A stretch of 44,689 bases of DNA, taken from positions 1 to 44,689 of the forward strand of contig LT649292.1 of NCBI GenBank assembly GCA_900128395.1. The letters run 5' to 3'. The position numbers were made by a program, and so were the translations under genes. Below are positions 41,691 to 44,689 of this stretch, one piece after another. A model generated the notes under the pieces. That model did not search any database and was not told where the DNA came from. It saw nothing but the letters and a program-made list of their open reading frames with translations. The stretch's first letter is position 1; each line of letters begins with the position of its first letter. This DNA is from Stramenopiles sp. TOSAG23-2. Taxonomy: Eukaryota.

Positions 41691-43310
41691 ATGAAAACAT
41701 TTTTAATTGTAGTGTTGCTAGCTATATGTATAGCGTTAGCATCATCCGTACATCCAAAACATCATAACAAAGGACGGCTATCATCATCATCAAGTCCTAC
41801 TAGATCATTTAGATTTGCCGCTGCTGCAGCGAACCCACACAGGCGTCCAAGGAAGCCATTGGCAAACAAAAAAAGAGTTAACGTAAGCGAACCAATAACA
41901 ACATATTCAGAGGAAAAAGAAAAAGAAGCAGAGGATAATGAGATGAGGTTGCAACAAGCGTTGGATGGAAAACCACCAAGAGCACCTAAACAAATAATTA
42001 AAAAAAAAGTTATCAAAAAGAAAGTTATCAAAAAGAAAAAGAAGAAAGTTGGACATACTGGAGCAACTGGTAGTAGTAGTAGTAGTAGTAATAGTAAAAA
42101 GGAAACAACGGGTACTAGTGGAACGACTGGTACGAGTAGTGGATCAACAGGTACTACTAGTGAGGAACCAGAAGCAGCATCTGGTCCAGTCGAAGTTAGC
42201 GATACTGGTGCGAGTGGCGTTGAAGAGAACTTAGAAACTGGTGAAACTAGACAAGAATCAAAAGAAGCCGATGAAGATCGGGATATTGTTGAAAAAGAAG
42301 CAGAGAAATTAATGGATGAAGCAGAGGAAAAAGCAACTGTAGAAACTATTGGTGAAGATGCAAAAAATACATCGTTAAAAGAACGCGCAACTGGTAGTAC
42401 CGGCAATACTGGCGCAAGTGGTAATACTGGCGCAAGTGGTAATACAGGATCAACTGGATCCACTGGATCCACTGGCGCAACTGGTATTAGTGGAGCTACT
42501 GGTTCAGAGACTGGCGCAACATCCGCTTCTGGTTCAGAGACTGGCGCAACATCAGCAACTGGTTCAGAGACTGGTAGTGAAACTGGTGCAAACACTGGCC
42601 CAACTGGTGATGCAACTGCTTCAGAGACTGGTAGTGAAACTGGTGCAAATACAGGTGCTACGGGAAAAGCAACTGGTGGAGCAACTGGTAGTAAAAAAAT
42701 TAAAAAACGTAGTAGTAGTAAAACTGGAAGTACAGGAAGTGCATCTGGTGCCTCAGGTGCCTCAGGTGCCACTGGTAGTAGTAAGGATGAAGATGATGGC
42801 ATTCAACTATCTAGTGACGAATTGAAAAAATTCATGTCCAAAATCAAAGAGCATTATGAATTGCAAAAGAAATTACGTGGTGCTGCAAGTGGAAATACAG
42901 GAGCCTCTGGAAATACAGGAGCGACTGGAAATACAGGCATGAGTGGAGCAACAGGTAATAGTAATGATAATAGTGGAACAACAGGTGCAGAATCTGGCGC
43001 AACTGGTAGTGGTACCGCTTCTAGTGGTGGTACGGGTGCAACTGGTGATACCGGTGCAAGTGGTTTAACGGGACCATCTTTAATGATATATGAAGAACGT
43101 AAGCGTAGAAAGGGTACTGGACCAACTGGCACAGCTACTGGTGCATCAACGGGCGCAACCGGTGCTGCAAAACCTAAGAAAGGAAGTGCTGGACATTGGG
43201 CATGGATTTTAAATAGTCATGGTGGACATACTCATCATCGTGCCGAAGCATTTAAAAAATTTGGACTTCATCATCCAGACGACGAAGAAAATAAAAAAGC
43301 AGAAAAGTGA
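41691..43310 (+). CDS. Secreted low-complexity protein with Gly-X-Thr/Ser (collagen-like) repeats
   Basis: Signal peptide; [37 protein letters not shown] and similar runs alternate with acidic and Lys-rich blocks; His-rich C-terminus. Confidence 0.85.
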   Translation: MKTFLIVVLLAICIALASSVHPKHHNKGRLSSSSSPTRSFRFAAAAANPHRRPRKPLANKKRVNVSEPITTYSEEKEKEAEDNEMRLQQALDGKPPRAPKQIIKKKVIKKKVIKKKKKKVGHTGATGSSSSSSNSKKETTGTSGTTGTSSGSTGTTSEEPEAASGPVEVSDTGASGVEENLETGETRQESKEADEDRDIVEKEAEKLMDEAEEKATVETIGEDAKNTSLKERATGSTGNTGASGNTGASGNTGSTGSTGSTGATGISGATGSETGATSASGSETGATSATGSETGSETGANTGPTGDATASETGSETGANTGATGKATGGATGSKKIKKRSSSKTGSTGSASGASGASGATGSSKDEDDGIQLSSDELKKFMSKIKEHYELQKKLRGAASGNTGASGNTGATGNTGMSGATGNSNDNSGTTGAESGATGSGTASSGGTGATGDTGASGLTGPSLMIYEERKRRKGTGPTGTATGASTGATGAAKPKKGSAGHWAWILNSHGGHTHHRAEAFKKFGLHHPDDEENKKAEK

Positions 43311-43643
43311 AAAGGGATGAAGTTGTAAATATTTTTTAAACTTAAATATAATGTATCATATTAAATTTATTTTATATAAAAAATGGATGTTAAAAATCTA
43401 AAGTTAATAATAATTTTAATCATACTTCCCGTGGTAAATACTATGATATGTCATACGCTCAATGCTCAATACTCAATCTCAGGACTCAGGAATAACATAT
43501 ATTGTTAAAAATCCGCTCAATCTAAAGAAGGATTTTTACTGATTTACTCCTATCATATGATACTAGTTAATAAAGCTCTCATGCGCCGCCGCAAGCTAAT
43601 ACTCTCTATACATTCATATTCACACACACCACACATATCATAT

Positions 43644-44689
43644 TTACGCGACTTTTTGTAAGAAAATTTCAATTTTAAAATTACTATCAAATGTTTTATT
43701 TTCCTTATCTTTACATGCTTTATCTATAACTGATTTATCGAAACATAAATAATTATTTTCAATGAAACCAGTATTAAACCATATATGAAACATTTTACCA
43801 CTTGCTTGATCTTTTTCATAAAATTGTATTTTAACATCCCCTTGGACAGTTAAATGATGTTGCGATGTATCTAAATCGACAAAACGATCATCTTTTTTAA
43901 AATGTCGTACGGCAGCAAAATCACGATAATCATAAATCTTTTTCGTTTCGCATGCATGCTGATTTTCATCATCTTGCATATACGATTGTTGATGAATACT
44001 AAAGGTTGGATCACATCCATACCCATGCAACGCACTATCAAACGTAGGGACAGTAATAAAACGTACATGTGTAATTTGATATTTATATTCCGTAATTTCA
44101 TAATTCCGTAATTTCATTTGTTCGTAATAATGTACATAACGTTGTTGTGACGGTATGGTAACACCTTTTGCATTTTCAGTCCTTGCCCTTCCAAATTCAG
44201 CCAATGCTTCGTCTGCAGTGTAACGACCGGTATGGACCAAATATACGCATATTAACGTACCAGTTCTTCCTTTACCAGCTTTGCAATGGATCGAGGCAAC
44301 ATTTTCAGGATCGTCATGCAACCATTTGTCTAAATCTTTGCAAAATGGTAACATTAAATGCAACGGTGGTGGATTATGATCATCAAACCCAAATCTCGCA
44401 GTCCGTGCTTTGGATGTCATTTCCTCTTCATCGGGATTGAACAATTTTTCCACATCGTATGCTTTTTCACTACATAAATTATATATTTTAAACTTATCCT
44501 TATGAAACGTATTGAAAAAACGTCGTACTTCTTTAATTGGATTACGATATAAACCTTCTGTTCCTTCTGATGGAAATCCCATTGCAATTAATTGCGTACG
44601 TTGTGGCGGCGTCGTCGATTCATACGATGAATCGATTGGCAACGTTGGAAATGGAACACCACTTGGTATATAGCTTAAATCTAAATTGA
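43644..44689 (-). CDS. PTEN: PTEN phosphoinositide phosphatase (phosphatase + C2 domain); 5' end lies beyond the window
   Basis: Frame is open to the window edge (NLDLSYI..); LIAMGFPSEG..YRNPI, KIYNLCSE, FDDHNPPPL, IHCKAGKGRTG, GVTIPSQQRYVHYY, C2 MFHIWFNTGFI..IDKACKD. Confidence 0.96.
   Translation of the reverse strand, partial: NLDLSYIPSGVPFPTLPIDSSYESTTPPQRTQLIAMGFPSEGTEGLYRNPIKEVRRFFNTFHKDKFKIYNLCSEKAYDVEKLFNPDEEEMTSKARTARFGFDDHNPPPLHLMLPFCKDLDKWLHDDPENVASIHCKAGKGRTGTLICVYLVHTGRYTADEALAEFGRARTENAKGVTIPSQQRYVHYYEQMKLRNYEITEYKYQITHVRFITVPTFDSALHGYGCDPTFSIHQQSYMQDDENQHACETKKIYDYRDFAAVRHFKKDDRFVDLDTSQHHLTVQGDVKIQFYEKDQASGKMFHIWFNTGFIENNYLCFDKSVIDKACKDKENKTFDSNFKIEIFLQKVA

Noticed and set aside
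41762-43132. Long antisense Pro/Val/Ala-rich ORFs (346 aa and 92 aa)
   Set aside because: Shadow frames of the Gly-X-Thr repeat gene
1-44689. tRNA, rRNA, snRNA genes or an alternative genetic code
   Set aside because: No cloverleaf or rRNA/snRNA signatures recognised by eye; conserved proteins translate cleanly and end at TAA, TAG or TGA

Overview
AT-rich, gene-dense, intron-poor eukaryotic nuclear DNA in the standard genetic code. It is probably a heterotrophic protist; a stramenopile-like origin is my inference from the RACK1 sequence and gene content and is not proven. About 20 protein genes are recognisable: NPL4, a TMX-type thioredoxin, an HMG-box + histone-fold protein, an Sfi1-repeat-like protein, a sulfurtransferase fused to a tRNA-binding domain, RecQ, Pif1, a two-repeat CNBD K+ channel, ESS2, FMC1, an arylsulfatase, an M6PR/ATG27-like receptor, a TTLL, an EttA-type ABC-F, RACK1, a gustatory-receptor-like membrane protein, a collagen-like secreted protein and PTEN (runs off the window end). 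Three GT-AG introns could be reconstructed by hand. The most striking candidates are (1) Pif1 and RecQ ORFs that overlap out of frame with no intergenic space and appear to encode one ~1500-aa bipolar helicase, broken inside an RPA-binding-like motif, and (2) a probably mitochondrial MST/TUM1-type sulfurtransferase fused to an EMAPII/Arc1-like tRNA-binding domain. Also present are an accessory patch (Hrq1 fragment, long hairpin, TET/JBP-like ORF), several foldback/MITE-like elements, and a cluster of ~90-240 bp duplications at gene ends that may be assembly artefacts. All assignments come from motif recognition by eye; no searches were run.
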